A DNA stretch of 32,000 bases from Haloferax volcanii DS2. GTDB lineage: Archaea; Halobacteriota; Halobacteria; Halobacteriales; Haloferacaceae. A model generated the notes under the pieces. It did not search any database, was not told where the DNA came from, and saw nothing but the letters and a program-made list of their open reading frames with translations. Position 1 is the first letter of the stretch; each line of letters opens with the position of its first letter. This document shows, piece by piece, positions 7,062-16,355 of the stretch. Made by a program: the position numbers and the translations under genes. The stretch lies in assembly GCF_000025685.1 (NCBI RefSeq), contig NC_013967.1, positions 1,530,001 through 1,562,000 on the forward strand. The letters are read 5' to 3'.

Positions 7062-7976
7062 TCACTCCCCGCCTGAGCGAAGGTAGTGAAACACGTACGT
7101 CTGGGTGTAGCCGGCGTAGCGACCGCCGAGGCGCTCGCGGATGGCCCGCGAGGTGTCGGCGTAGTTCCCCCGGTCGCAGTCGGGGTAATGTTCCTCGATG
7201 GCCGACCGAATCCACGTGTCGAGCGGGACGGCTTCGAGGTAGTCGAGCGAGAACAACAAGACGCAGTCCGCGACCTTGTCACCGACGCCGACGAACGTCG
7301 TCAGGAACTCGCGGGCGTCCTCGTAGTCGCGGCCGCGGGCCTCGGCGGGTGTCGCCTCGCCCGTGGCGACCATCTCGGCCGTCCGCCGGACGTACGGCGC
7401 GCGGTAGCCGAGGCTGAGGTCGCGCAGTTCGTCTTCGGTGGCTTCGGCCAGTCGCTCGGGGGTCGGGTACGCGAAGTACGTCTCGCCGTCGAACTCGACG
7501 CGCTCGCCGTAGGTCTCTCTGAGCCGCGACTGCATCCCGAAGATGCGGGAGACGCGCATCTGCGCCGAGCAGATGAACGAGACGAGACAGCCGAACGGCG
7601 GGTCGCGGACGAGTCGCATCCCCGGGTACGCCTCGTAGGCCCGCCGGACCAGCGGTTCGTCGGGCATCTCCGAGACGATGGCGTCGAGGTCGTCGTCGAG
7701 GCGGAGCAAGTGGGTGAGAAGCGGGACGGCGTCGACGTTGGACTCCCATTCCAGCGCGCCGTCGGTCTGGCGGACCCTGACGACGGCGGACTCGTCGGAG
7801 ACGCCGTCGAGCGGCGGGACGACCGTCTGGTACCACGCGTCGCCGCCGTGGGCCGCGTCGCGCTCGTACATCCGGCCGTCGGGGCGGTCCCAGAGGTACG
7901 ACTGGCCGCTTTCCAGCGTCGATTGGAGGTCGAACGCTCCGTCGAGGCTCCCGAGGTCGATGACACCCGTCTCCAT
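7062..7976 (-). CDS. ogg: 8-oxoguanine DNA glycosylase / AP lyase (HhH-GPD superfamily, Ogg-type)
   Basis: The motifs [17 protein letters not shown] and the HhH-GPD region [15 protein letters not shown] are present. The ATG at 7976 (METGVIDLG) is chosen because the 84-codon track extension is Pro/Arg-rich and non-halophilic in composition. Confidence 0.85.
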   Translation of the reverse strand: METGVIDLGSLDGAFDLQSTLESGQSYLWDRPDGRMYERDAAHGGDAWYQTVVPPLDGVSDESAVVRVRQTDGALEWESNVDAVPLLTHLLRLDDDLDAIVSEMPDEPLVRRAYEAYPGMRLVRDPPFGCLVSFICSAQMRVSRIFGMQSRLRETYGERVEFDGETYFAYPTPERLAEATEDELRDLSLGYRAPYVRRTAEMVATGEATPAEARGRDYEDAREFLTTFVGVGDKVADCVLLFSLDYLEAVPLDTWIRSAIEEHYPDCDRGNYADTSRAIRERLGGRYAGYTQTYVFHYLRSGGE

Positions 7977-8089
7977 CGCTTCGACGTTGGGCGCGGGGGA
8001 TTTGCGGGTTTCGATGCCGGCGGGCGAGGCGGGGTGGCGACGAGGCGGGGGGCGACGAGCGAGGCGCGCCGCGTCGGGCCGCGTCGCGC

Positions 8090-8830
8090 TCAGCGGTTGC
8101 GGCTCACCGGGAAGCTGACGCGGTCCGGGTGGTCGGCCAGTCGGTCGAGGATGCGCTCGTACAGCCGGTTTTTGACGCGCTGGGCGCGTGTCGGCGGGAC
8201 GAGCACGCGGAGTCGGAAGACGACCCACGACTCCACCTGTGCGACGTTGACGGTCGGACCGTCGGCCACGTCCAAGAGGAGTCGGCGGACGAACGGGAGG
8301 TCCGTCTCGTAGGACACCTGCACGGGTATCTCGGTCCAGACGCGGTCGAACAGCGCGCCGTAGTTGACGACCTCGGAGGAGAGGACCAGCGAGTTCGGGA
8401 CGGTGACGGTCCGGCCGGTCGGCTGGTTCGACGCGAGGGGGCCGCCGGTCTCCCAGAGCGTCGTGACGAGGAAGTCGATTTCGGCCACGTCGCCGGGGAC
8501 CGAGCCGATGTTGACGCGGTCACCGACCGCGTAGGGGCGGCTCACGAGGATGTAAAACCAGCCGATGAAGGAGAGAATCGGCTGTTGGAGCGCGAAGGTG
8601 ACGGCGAAGCCGATGACGCCGAAGGAGACCAACACGCCGAGCCACTGGTCCGTGAACGCCCCGAGGACGCCGGCGAGCGCGACCGCGGCGGCCGACAGCC
8701 CGGTCGAGAGAGACAGGTCGGCGTTGGGTACGTCGAACTCCGAAAGCGGGGTCGTCGCGCGGACGAGCGCCGAGAGGACCGCGGCGAGAAGCCCGGCGGC
8801 GAACGCGCCGAGGCCGAGGCGGCGAGACAT
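8090..8830 (-). CDS. mscS: Small-conductance mechanosensitive channel (MscS family)
   Basis: Three N-terminal TM helices are followed by the beta-domain signature [26 protein letters not shown]. The reverse-strand box CTTTTTCA (8855-8860) lies 25 nt upstream. Confidence 0.85.
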   Translation of the reverse strand: MSRRLGLGAFAAGLLAAVLSALVRATTPLSEFDVPNADLSLSTGLSAAAVALAGVLGAFTDQWLGVLVSFGVIGFAVTFALQQPILSFIGWFYILVSRPYAVGDRVNIGSVPGDVAEIDFLVTTLWETGGPLASNQPTGRTVTVPNSLVLSSEVVNYGALFDRVWTEIPVQVSYETDLPFVRRLLLDVADGPTVNVAQVESWVVFRLRVLVPPTRAQRVKNRLYERILDRLADHPDRVSFPVSRNR

Positions 8831-8896
8831 ACCGTTGCCGTCGGGTGGGCGATTGAAAAAGGTGCAGTCGAGCCGAGGCGAGAGTCGCCGGCCGCT

Positions 8897-10387
8897 TCAG
8901 TTGCGGATGTGGAGGTCCGTGAGGCTCGCGAGGCGGTCAGCGACGCCGTCGTCGAGGCCTTCGCGGGTGACGCGCCACTCCCAGTTTCCGGTCTGCGTGC
9001 CGGGGGTGTTGAACCGGGCGTCGGAGCCGAGGCCGAGGAGGTCCTGCGTGGTTGTGAACGCGAGGACGGACGCGGAGTTCCAGACGGCGTCGATGATAGA
9101 CCAGTGAATCTCCGAGCCGTCCGCGCCGATGTTGTAGTGAAGGCAGTCGCGGGTGCGGTCGTCGAGGTCGCGGTAGTAGCCGACGAACGTGTCGGTGTCG
9201 TGGGTCGAGGTGTAGGCGACGGAGCTCTCCGGGTAGTGCATCGGCTGGTACATGTCGCCCTCGCGGCACCAGTCGGCGTACTGCGGGACGCGCATGCCGG
9301 GGAAGGCGAACCGGTCGCGGAGGTCGACGAGCGAGGCGTCGAGGAAGCCGAGGTCCTCGACGACGAACGGGAGGTCGTCCAGTTCGCGCTCGACCGTCTC
9401 GAAGAAGTCGTGGCCGGGCGCGTCGCGCCACTCGCCGTCGCCGGGGTCGTCGGAGTCGGCGTCGATGGCCCAGAACTCGTCGAAGCCTTTGAAGTGGTCG
9501 ATGCGGGTCACGTCCACGAGGTCGAACAGGCGGCGGAGGCGGTCGAGCCACCAGCCGTAGCCGTCCTCGCGGAGCGTCTCCCAGTCGTACAGCGGGTTGC
9601 CCCAGCGCTGGCCGGCGTCGTCCGGGTTCGGCGGGACGCCGGCGACGACGGCGGGTTCGTTCGATTCGGTGAGGTCGAACGCCTCGGGGGCGGCCCACAC
9701 GTCGGCGCTGTCGAGCGCGACGTAGATGGGGAGGTCGCCGACGAGGGTGATGCCCTTCTCGTCGGCGTAGTCGGCGAGGGCGCGCCACTGCTCGTCGAAG
9801 CAGAACTGGACGAACTCGCGGTAGCGAATCTCGTCGGCGTACTCGGCGCGGGCGTCGGCGAGCGCGTCGGGGTCGCGGGTCTTCAACTCGGTCGGCCAGT
9901 CTATCCACGCCCGCCGGAACTCGTCTTTCAGGGCGGCGAACAGCGCGTAGTCGTCGAGCCAGCCGGCCTCGCGCTCGCGGAAGGCGTCGAGGGCCGCGCG
10001 GTCGTCCTCGGTGGCCTCGGCCTCGAAGCGGTCGAAGGCGGCGCGGAGCCGCGAGCGCTTGTACTCGCCGACGCGCTCGTAGTCGACCGCGAGAGGGTCG
10101 AAGTCGGGGACGGGTTCGAGGTCGGCGTCGGTGAGCCACCCGCGGGCTACGAGGTCGGTGAGGTCGATGAGAAGCGGATTGCCGGCGAACGAGGAGGTCG
10201 ACTGGTACGGCGAGTTCGCCATGGCGGGTTCGGTCGGCCCGAGGGGGCAGAACTGCCACATCGACTGTTCGGCGTCGGCGAGGAAGTCCACGAAAGCGCG
10301 CGCGCCGTCGCCGAGGTCGCCGATGCCGTGGGGCCCCGGGACCGAGGTGACGTGCATGAACACCCCGCTCTGTCGAGAAAGTCGCAT
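8897..10387 (-). CDS. malQ: 4-alpha-glucanotransferase (amylomaltase, GH77)
   Basis: GH77 hallmarks are present: [54 protein letters not shown] and YTSTHDTDT. The start is the ATG at 10387 or the GTG at 10393. Confidence 0.9.
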   Translation of the reverse strand: MRLSRQSGVFMHVTSVPGPHGIGDLGDGARAFVDFLADAEQSMWQFCPLGPTEPAMANSPYQSTSSFAGNPLLIDLTDLVARGWLTDADLEPVPDFDPLAVDYERVGEYKRSRLRAAFDRFEAEATEDDRAALDAFREREAGWLDDYALFAALKDEFRRAWIDWPTELKTRDPDALADARAEYADEIRYREFVQFCFDEQWRALADYADEKGITLVGDLPIYVALDSADVWAAPEAFDLTESNEPAVVAGVPPNPDDAGQRWGNPLYDWETLREDGYGWWLDRLRRLFDLVDVTRIDHFKGFDEFWAIDADSDDPGDGEWRDAPGHDFFETVERELDDLPFVVEDLGFLDASLVDLRDRFAFPGMRVPQYADWCREGDMYQPMHYPESSVAYTSTHDTDTFVGYYRDLDDRTRDCLHYNIGADGSEIHWSIIDAVWNSASVLAFTTTQDLLGLGSDARFNTPGTQTGNWEWRVTREGLDDGVADRLASLTDLHIRN

Positions 10388-10594
10388 ACCCACAGGGTCC
10401 GCGGGCGACCCAATTGGTACTTTGGGTCGAAACGGCGAGCCGACGACGAGGGCGCGACCGCGGGGGCGGGAACCGAGTCAGGCCGCCGACGCCGCCACAG
10501 TTGTGCTAGCAAATCGCACGAAACCGGCCGCGAGCGGGCGTCGAACGCGCCCGTCTCAACAACACTTATTCTCCCCCGTCCGTTCCGTGCGCGT

Positions 10595-12526
10595 ATGAGT
10601 GATATCGCTGTCATCCTCCCCGACGGGACGGAACTCTCCGTCGAGGAGGGTGCGACGGTGCGAGACGCCGCGTTCGCAATCGGCCCCGGCCTCGGCAAGG
10701 ACACCGTCGCCGGCGTCGTCGATGGCGAACTCGTGGACAAGGAGACGCCGCTCCACGACGGCGCGGACCTCGTCATCGTCACCGACCAGTCCGACGAGTA
10801 TCTGGACGTACTCCGCCACTCGGCGGCCCACGTCTTCGCGCAGGCCCTCCAGCGGCTCCACCCCGAGGCCAAGCTAACCATCGGCCCGTGGACGGACGAC
10901 GGCTTCTACTACGACGTGACGAGCGTCGACCTCGAACAGGAGGACCTCGAAGCCATCGAAGACGAGATGCGCGACATCATCGAGGAGGACCTCGACATCG
11001 AGCGCGTCGTCGTCGACCGCGAGGAGGCCCTGGAGAAGTACGCCGACAACCCCTACAAGCGCGACATCCTCGAAGAGGAGGCCGCCGGCGACGACGAGCT
11101 CTCGTTCTACCAGCAGGGCGAGTTCGAGGACCTCTGTAAGGGTCCGCACGTCGAATCGACGGGCGAAATCGGCGCGGTCAAGCTCCTCAACATCTCCGCG
11201 GCCTACTGGCGCGGCGACGAGGACAACGACACGCTGACGCGGGTGTACGGCACGGCGTTCGAGTCCGAGTCCGACCTCGAAGAGTTCCTCGAGATGCGCG
11301 AGGAGGCCAAGGAGCGCGACCACCGGAAGCTCGGCCAGGAGCTGAACCTGTTCGCCATCGACGAGACGACGGGGCCGGGTCTGCCGCTGTACCAGCCCAA
11401 CGGCAAGCGCATCCTCGACGAACTCGCGGACTACGCGAAACAGCTCAACCTCGACGCGGGCTACGACCCCGTCGAGACGCCCCACCTGTTCCGGACGGAG
11501 CTGTGGAAGAAGTCGGGCCACTACGAGAACTACGTGGACGACATGTTCCTCCTCGACGTGAACGACGAGGAGTACGGCCTGAAGCCGATGAACTGCCCCG
11601 GTCACGCGACCATCTTCGACCAGCAGTCGTGGTCGTACCGCGACCTGCCGGTGCGCTACTTCGAGGACGGGAAGGTCTACCGGAAGGAACAGCGCGGCGA
11701 GCTGTCGGGCCTCTCGCGGGTCTGGTCTTTCACCATCGACGACGGCCACCTGTTCGTCCGCCCCGACCAGATCGAGGACGAAATCAACCTCATCATCGAC
11801 AACATCCTGACGGTGTTCGACACCTTCGGGCTGGACGCCGAAGTCGCGCTCGCGACGCGCCCCGACAAATCCGTCGGCAGCGACGAAATCTGGGAGCAGG
11901 CGGAGACGCAGCTGCGCGCGGTCCTCGACGACAGCGGCATCGACTACGGCATCGAGGCCGGCGACGGCGCGTTCTACGGGCCGAAAATCGACTTCGCGTT
12001 CAAGGACGCCCTCGGTCGCAAGTGGGACGGTCCGACGGTCCAGCTCGACTTCAACATGCCCGACCGCTTCGACCTCACCTACACGGGCGAGGACAACGAG
12101 GACCACCAGCCGGTGATGATTCACCGCGCGCTCTACGGCAGTTACGAGCGCTTCTTCATGGTCCTCATCGAGCACTTCAACGGCAAGTTCCCGTTCTGGC
12201 TCGCGCCCGAGCAGGTCCGCATCCTGCCCATCTCGGACGACCAGATTGGGTACGCGAAGAAGCTCCAGTACGAACTCAACGACTTCCGCGTCGACATCGA
12301 GGACCGCTCGTGGACGCTCGGCCGGAAGATTCGCGAGGCTCAGACCGACCGCGTCCCGTACATGGTCATCGTCGGCGGCGACGAGGAAGAAGACGGAACT
12401 ATCTCCGTCCGCGACCGCAAGGAACGCGAGGCCAAGGACGTGAGCGTCGAGGCGTTCCGCGACCACCTCCGGAGCGAATACGACGAAAAGCGCACGGAAC
12501 CCGACTTCCTCGCCGACGAGGAGTGA
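10595..12526 (+). CDS. thrS: Threonyl-tRNA synthetase
   Basis: The protein has a TGS domain ([16 protein letters not shown]), an editing-domain HSAAH motif, class II motifs and a C-terminal anticodon-binding domain. The box CTTATTC at 10565-10571 lies 24 nt upstream of the ATG. The 5' 2.4 kb of track ORF 8129..12526 is antisense read-through. Confidence 0.95.
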   Translation: MSDIAVILPDGTELSVEEGATVRDAAFAIGPGLGKDTVAGVVDGELVDKETPLHDGADLVIVTDQSDEYLDVLRHSAAHVFAQALQRLHPEAKLTIGPWTDDGFYYDVTSVDLEQEDLEAIEDEMRDIIEEDLDIERVVVDREEALEKYADNPYKRDILEEEAAGDDELSFYQQGEFEDLCKGPHVESTGEIGAVKLLNISAAYWRGDEDNDTLTRVYGTAFESESDLEEFLEMREEAKERDHRKLGQELNLFAIDETTGPGLPLYQPNGKRILDELADYAKQLNLDAGYDPVETPHLFRTELWKKSGHYENYVDDMFLLDVNDEEYGLKPMNCPGHATIFDQQSWSYRDLPVRYFEDGKVYRKEQRGELSGLSRVWSFTIDDGHLFVRPDQIEDEINLIIDNILTVFDTFGLDAEVALATRPDKSVGSDEIWEQAETQLRAVLDDSGIDYGIEAGDGAFYGPKIDFAFKDALGRKWDGPTVQLDFNMPDRFDLTYTGEDNEDHQPVMIHRALYGSYERFFMVLIEHFNGKFPFWLAPEQVRILPISDDQIGYAKKLQYELNDFRVDIEDRSWTLGRKIREAQTDRVPYMVIVGGDEEEDGTISVRDRKEREAKDVSVEAFRDHLRSEYDEKRTEPDFLADEE

Positions 12527-12541
12527 GGTCCGGCAGTCGGC

Positions 12542-13999
12542 TCAGGCGGTAACTGATTCTCTGTTTCGGCGGTCCCGCGCCGCCGCGTCCAACTCTCGCC
12601 GGACCGTCGTTCGGAACGATTCGTCCCTGATGAGGTGTGCGAGCACGCCGAAATGTCCGCAGTCCCACTCGCGGCGGTTCGGCCGCGGGACGCCCCACTC
12701 GTCGAGGAGCGCGCGGGCCGTCGAGGCGGGAGCCATCTCGTCGCGGCTGCCGACGAACGAGAAGACGCGTTCGGGCGCGAGACACGGCGTTTTGGGTGGA
12801 TTCAACAGCGGCGCGAACTCGTGGAGCGCCGCGCCGGTCCAGCCGGCCGCGTCGAGCGCGTCGTCGATGTCGAGCAGTTTCGTGAGGCCGCCCGCGAGGA
12901 GCGTCTGGTCGATTGCGCCGGGCATTCCCACGGGGAACAGCAGGTCGGGGCGCATCGACTCGGGCCAGTCGCCGCACCGGCCGCCGACGTGGAGCGCGAC
13001 GGTCCCGCCGAGGCTGACGCCGCCGACGCCGACAGCCGGCGCGCCCTCGGTCCGCGCCCAGTCGATGAGGACGGCGGTCTCCAGCGCGGCCGCCGAGTAG
13101 AGCGTGAACAGGCCGACTGGCGCGCGGGCGATGTAGGGCTCGCCGCTGTATCGACCGAGTAGCTCGCGGCGGCCGTGCCACGGCGCGTCGGGGAGGATGA
13201 CCCGGTAGCCCTCCGGGACGAGCGCGCGGGCGACAGACTCCTCTTCGGGCCAGTAGGTGAGTTGGTCGTCGAACATCCCCCAGCCGGAGTGGAAGACGAG
13301 CGTCGGCAGGTCGACGTCGCCGTCTGTGTTGGCGTCGATGTCGACGGGTTCGTACACCCGCGCGGTCGCCCGGTCGCTGAGGTGCGGCGAGGGCGACCGG
13401 AAGCGAAGCAGGTACTCGACGGTTCCCGGCCCGCGGACGGTCGCGGAGCGCTCGACGCGAGGGAACTCCTCGGCCGCGCTGGACTCGACGAAGCCGTAGA
13501 GCCGCTCGGGTTCAGCGAGTTCGTGGTGCCAGCGGGTCCGCGCGTCCTCGGGCGGGGGTGTCTCGAACTTCACCGGCGGTACGAGGTGTTCCTTCGAGAG
13601 GAAGCCGAAGATGTCGGTCGGTTTGGCCCGCCGTTCCGACACCTCGCGGCGCTCTCGCTCGACGGCGACGCGCTCGTCGGGCGTCGACTCGCCGTCGCCC
13701 CAGAAGACGCGCTCCCAGCGGTCCATCGTCTCGTCGTACGCGCCGCGGAGGCGGGCGTACCGCGCGAGGGCGCGTTCGATTCGGTCGTGGAGGTGCGGCG
13801 CGGGCGGCGCGCCGACCTCGCGGAGGAACGCTTCCGGGCCCTCCGAGAGCGCCACGTCGGCCGCGGCGCGAGCGCGGACGACGCCGGACTCGCGGGGGAG
13901 CGAGCGGGTCTTGAACGCCTCGAACGGGCGCGAGGTCAACAGTCGGCCGGCGGGCGAAGTGAGCAACCGGTGTACCGCCGGGGTTTCGAGGTGGTCCAT
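12542..13999 (-). CDS. Alpha/beta hydrolase with an N-terminal extension of about 230 aa of unknown function
   Basis: The putative triad is the nucleophile elbow GVSLGG, the Asp in GSRDEM and the His in DCGHFG. The ATG at 13999 (MDHLETPAV) is chosen because the reverse-strand box CATTATCG (14021-14026) lies 22-27 nt upstream. Confidence 0.75.
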   Translation of the reverse strand: MDHLETPAVHRLLTSPAGRLLTSRPFEAFKTRSLPRESGVVRARAAADVALSEGPEAFLREVGAPPAPHLHDRIERALARYARLRGAYDETMDRWERVFWGDGESTPDERVAVERERREVSERRAKPTDIFGFLSKEHLVPPVKFETPPPEDARTRWHHELAEPERLYGFVESSAAEEFPRVERSATVRGPGTVEYLLRFRSPSPHLSDRATARVYEPVDIDANTDGDVDLPTLVFHSGWGMFDDQLTYWPEEESVARALVPEGYRVILPDAPWHGRRELLGRYSGEPYIARAPVGLFTLYSAAALETAVLIDWARTEGAPAVGVGGVSLGGTVALHVGGRCGDWPESMRPDLLFPVGMPGAIDQTLLAGGLTKLLDIDDALDAAGWTGAALHEFAPLLNPPKTPCLAPERVFSFVGSRDEMAPASTARALLDEWGVPRPNRREWDCGHFGVLAHLIRDESFRTTVRRELDAAARDRRNRESVTA

Positions 14000-14122
14000 A
14001 CCGTGTGATACGAGTGACACGATAATGACCCTAGGCCCGCCTGTCGGGGAATGGGAACGGGCGGGGAGAAGTCCGGCCGGGGCAGAATAAATCAGATACC
14101 ACGATACAAAACGCACGAAGTC

Positions 14123-15430
14123 CTACCACGCCGTGAGCGCGTCGGTCCCGTGGGACCACGTCAGGGCCGCGAGGAAGGCGAGGACGCCGGTGATGGCCGT
14201 CGCGCCGCCGACGAAGAACACCCACTCCATGCCGACTTCGGCCATGAGATAGCCGCCGAGGAGGGGAGCGACGACGCTGCCGGGTCGCCAGAGGAGTTCG
14301 CGGATGCCGAAGCTACTGGCGACGCCCGCGCCGCCGGAGCCCTCGTCGGCGAACAGCGCCATGCTGGCCGGTTCGCGGAGGCTGTCGGCGACGCCGAGCA
14401 GACCCGCGAGGCCGACGAGCGGGAGGAACGCGGGCGAGAGCGGGCCGAGGACGGGGAACGCCGCGGGGAGCGCGAGCGCCTCGCCGACCGCGGGCGAGAA
14501 GGGGACGGCGAGCGCGATGAGGCCGTAGAGGCCGCCGCCGACGAAGACGAACCGCGCCCGGCCGTAGCCGTCGGAGATGCGGCCGGTGTAGGGCTGGCAG
14601 AGCATGTTGGTAAACTTCTCGGCGACGACGGTCGCGGCGACGGCGATGCCGCCGTAGGCGAGACCGCCGGAGGCCGCCGACACGCCGGCGTAGATGGGGA
14701 CCCACGTCCGAACGAGGGTGACGGCGACGGCGTACTGGACGCGGAACGTCGCCATCGTCAGGATGCGCTCGTTGAGCGCGAGGTCCGTGAACGGAAAGCC
14801 GCGAATGCGGGTCTCGTCCGGCGGGAGAAACACCCAGATGGCGACGACGGCGATGGTCAGGAGAATCGTGATGACGATGAAGATGGGCGTGAAGCCGAAC
14901 AGGTCGTAGAGGATACCGGCGCTGACGCTACCGAGGATGGAGGCCGCGAAGCGGGCGGCGTTCGCCTTCCCGATGTGGTTCGCGCGCGTTCCCTCGCGGG
15001 CGAGTTCGCCGACGAGCGCGAGCGACATCAGCCCCGCGCCGGTGACGGCGACGCCCTGTGCGGCCCGCGCGAGGATAAACGAGAGACTGGAGTCGACGAG
15101 CGGGAACGCGGCGTAGACGACCGCGCCGAGGCCGACCGTCCCCGCGAGCACGAGGCGTTTGTCGTAGCGGTCGCCGGCCCACGACAAGGGCACGACGGCG
15201 ACGGTCTGGGCGAGCGTGAAGCCGGTGGTGAACATCCCGATGACGAAGCCACGAGAGAGGGAGAACCCGCCGAGTGCGAGCCCGCCGAGCGCGAGTTCGG
15301 GGACGGCGACCGCACCCGGGTCGAGTTCGTTGATGTACTTCGGGAGGAGGGTGACGAGCGTGATGAAGCCGAACCCCCCGGCGAACCGAGTGAGATACAA
15401 CGTCCAGAATCTGAGACGGGTGCGGTCCAT
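14123..15430 (-). CDS. MFS transporter
   Basis: The 435-aa ORF has about 12 hydrophobic helices and the MFS-like loop GDRYDKR between TM2 and TM3. The substrate cannot be determined. Confidence 0.85.
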   Translation of the reverse strand: MDRTRLRFWTLYLTRFAGGFGFITLVTLLPKYINELDPGAVAVPELALGGLALGGFSLSRGFVIGMFTTGFTLAQTVAVVPLSWAGDRYDKRLVLAGTVGLGAVVYAAFPLVDSSLSFILARAAQGVAVTGAGLMSLALVGELAREGTRANHIGKANAARFAASILGSVSAGILYDLFGFTPIFIVITILLTIAVVAIWVFLPPDETRIRGFPFTDLALNERILTMATFRVQYAVAVTLVRTWVPIYAGVSAASGGLAYGGIAVAATVVAEKFTNMLCQPYTGRISDGYGRARFVFVGGGLYGLIALAVPFSPAVGEALALPAAFPVLGPLSPAFLPLVGLAGLLGVADSLREPASMALFADEGSGGAGVASSFGIRELLWRPGSVVAPLLGGYLMAEVGMEWVFFVGGATAITGVLAFLAALTWSHGTDALTAW

Positions 15431-15550
15431 GGGCTGTGTGCGGCCAACCGGCGAAAAGAAGTTCCGGAACCGGCCGTCGCCGCGGACGGCCTAAAGCCCC
15501 CGCGAATAACGGCGGTGAGCTTTATCACTCACGACGAGAGATATGTTAGC

Positions 15551-15802
15551 ATGGAGCTGGTGGGTGGAAAGACGGCGGCGAGAGGTGCGGAGACGCGCCT
15601 CGTCCGCGTCGAGCGGGAGATGAACGACCACGGCGCGATGACCGTCCGCGTAGTCGAAACCGGAGAACTGCGAACCGTGGTGGGGTGTGCGAGTTCGGGC
15701 CTGCGGGAGCGACTCGCCTCGGCGACGACCGAGTCGGAGTTCCCGCTTCGACTCGCGCCGTCGCCGGGCCGCGGGAACTCGTGGGTCGCGCTCGGGCGGT
15801 AG
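15551..15802 (+). CDS. Hypothetical protein, 83 aa
   Basis: The ATG is preceded by TTTATC at 15521-15526 (25 nt upstream), and GC3 is high. The sequence is MELVGGKTAARGAETRLVRVEREMNDHGAMTVRVVETGELRTV... I recognise no domain. It forms the 3' end of the otherwise spurious track ORF 14051..15802. Confidence 0.5.
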   Translation: MELVGGKTAARGAETRLVRVEREMNDHGAMTVRVVETGELRTVVGCASSGLRERLASATTESEFPLRLAPSPGRGNSWVALGR

Positions 15803-16033
15803 TCAGGAGTCGAACAGCAGTTTCGCACCGACCGCGAGACCGCCGAAGAGCGCCACGAGCACCGCGCCCGCGACGACATCGGCCCCGAACAACACCCCGA
15901 GGTCCGGGGTGAGCGCGGCGACGAACCGGTCGGCGTCGAAGCGGTCCCCGATGCCCATGGCCAGGCCGAAGACGATGGCGACGAGAAGCGCGATGAAGAC
16001 GAGGACCAGTTCGGTCCTGTCGCTCTGGTTCAT
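15803..16033 (-). CDS. Small membrane protein, 76 aa, 2 TM
   Basis: MNQSDRTELVLVFIALLVAIVFGLAMG...VVAGAVLVALFGGLAVGAKLLFDS. The ATG at 16033 lies 27 nt downstream of the reverse-strand box TTTTATG (about 16058-16063). Confidence 0.55.
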   Translation of the reverse strand: MNQSDRTELVLVFIALLVAIVFGLAMGIGDRFDADRFVAALTPDLGVLFGADVVAGAVLVALFGGLAVGAKLLFDS

Positions 16034-16057
16034 AGTCGGTAGCGTTCGGAGCGGGGC

Positions 16058-16076
16058 ATAAAACACCCGAGGGTGT
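16058..16076 (-). terminator. Hairpin plus U-tract downstream of tRNA-Lys, doubling as the TATA for the 76-aa gene
   Basis: The reverse strand reads ACACCC-TC-GGGTGT followed by TTTATG. The hairpin stem is 16063-16068 / 16071-16076. Confidence 0.45.
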
Positions 16077-16149
16077 AAGCGAGTCGGCTATCCGATACGA
16101 ACGGTCGGGACGGCGCTCCGACTACCGCAGTGAGTCTGAGATGAAGGAA

Positions 16150-16223
16150 TGGGCCGGACGCGATTTGAACACGCGACCGTCTGATTAAGAGTCAGACGCT
16201 CTGCCTAACTGAGCTACCGGCCC
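16150..16223 (-). tRNA. tRNA-Lys (anticodon CTT)
   Basis: The reverse strand is GGGCCGGTAGCTCAGTTAGGCAGAGCGTCTGACTCTTAATCAGACGGTCGCGTGTTCAAATCGCGTCCGGCCCA. It has a 7-bp acceptor stem, the anticodon stem TCTGA/TCAGA with loop CT-CTT-AA, a GTTCAAATC T-loop, no intron and no encoded CCA. Confidence 0.95.
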
Positions 16224-16249
16224 TTGCAATCTCTCGTAACTGCCGGTGG

Positions 16250-16255
16250 GTAAAA
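16250..16255 (-). promoter_or_regulatory. TATA box for tRNA-Lys
   Basis: The reverse strand reads CATTTTACCC. It lies 27 nt upstream of the mature 5' end at 16223. Confidence 0.55.
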
Positions 16256-16355
16256 TGACTTTCCTTTCTGCACGACGACGGCAGGGACGCACACGCAAGA
16301 AACAACGAACAAACGGTGGGTGTTAAGTGGCGGCCGACCGGAGTAGCGGGCAACG

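Noticed and set aside
7977-8228. An 84-codon extension of the ogg ORF, and the G-run-rich spacer (about 7995-8051) as a possible G-quadruplex.
   Set aside because: The extension is Pro/Arg-rich and overlaps the mscS 3' end. The G-runs are separated by loops of 12-13 nt, so there is no canonical G4 motif. The tract is probably just GC-rich spacer in an mscS-ogg co-transcript.
8129-10594. The 5' 2.4 kb of a 1465-aa plus-strand ORF that runs antisense through mscS and malQ before merging in frame with thrS.
   Set aside because: The translated composition is Arg/Gly/Val/Asp-rich with no motifs, and it lies exactly opposite two well-supported genes. thrS has its own TATA and ATG at 10595. This is a stop-codon-poor antisense frame typical of high-GC DNA.
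10874-12466. A 530-aa minus-strand ORF antisense to thrS.
   Set aside because: It is a shadow ORF opposite an unambiguous aminoacyl-tRNA synthetase gene.
14051-15550. The upstream 1.5 kb of a 583-aa plus-strand ORF antisense to the MFS transporter.
   Set aside because: The translation is Arg/Glu/Asp/Gly-rich and non-protein-like. Only the last 83 codons, which have their own TATA and ATG at 15551, look like a gene.
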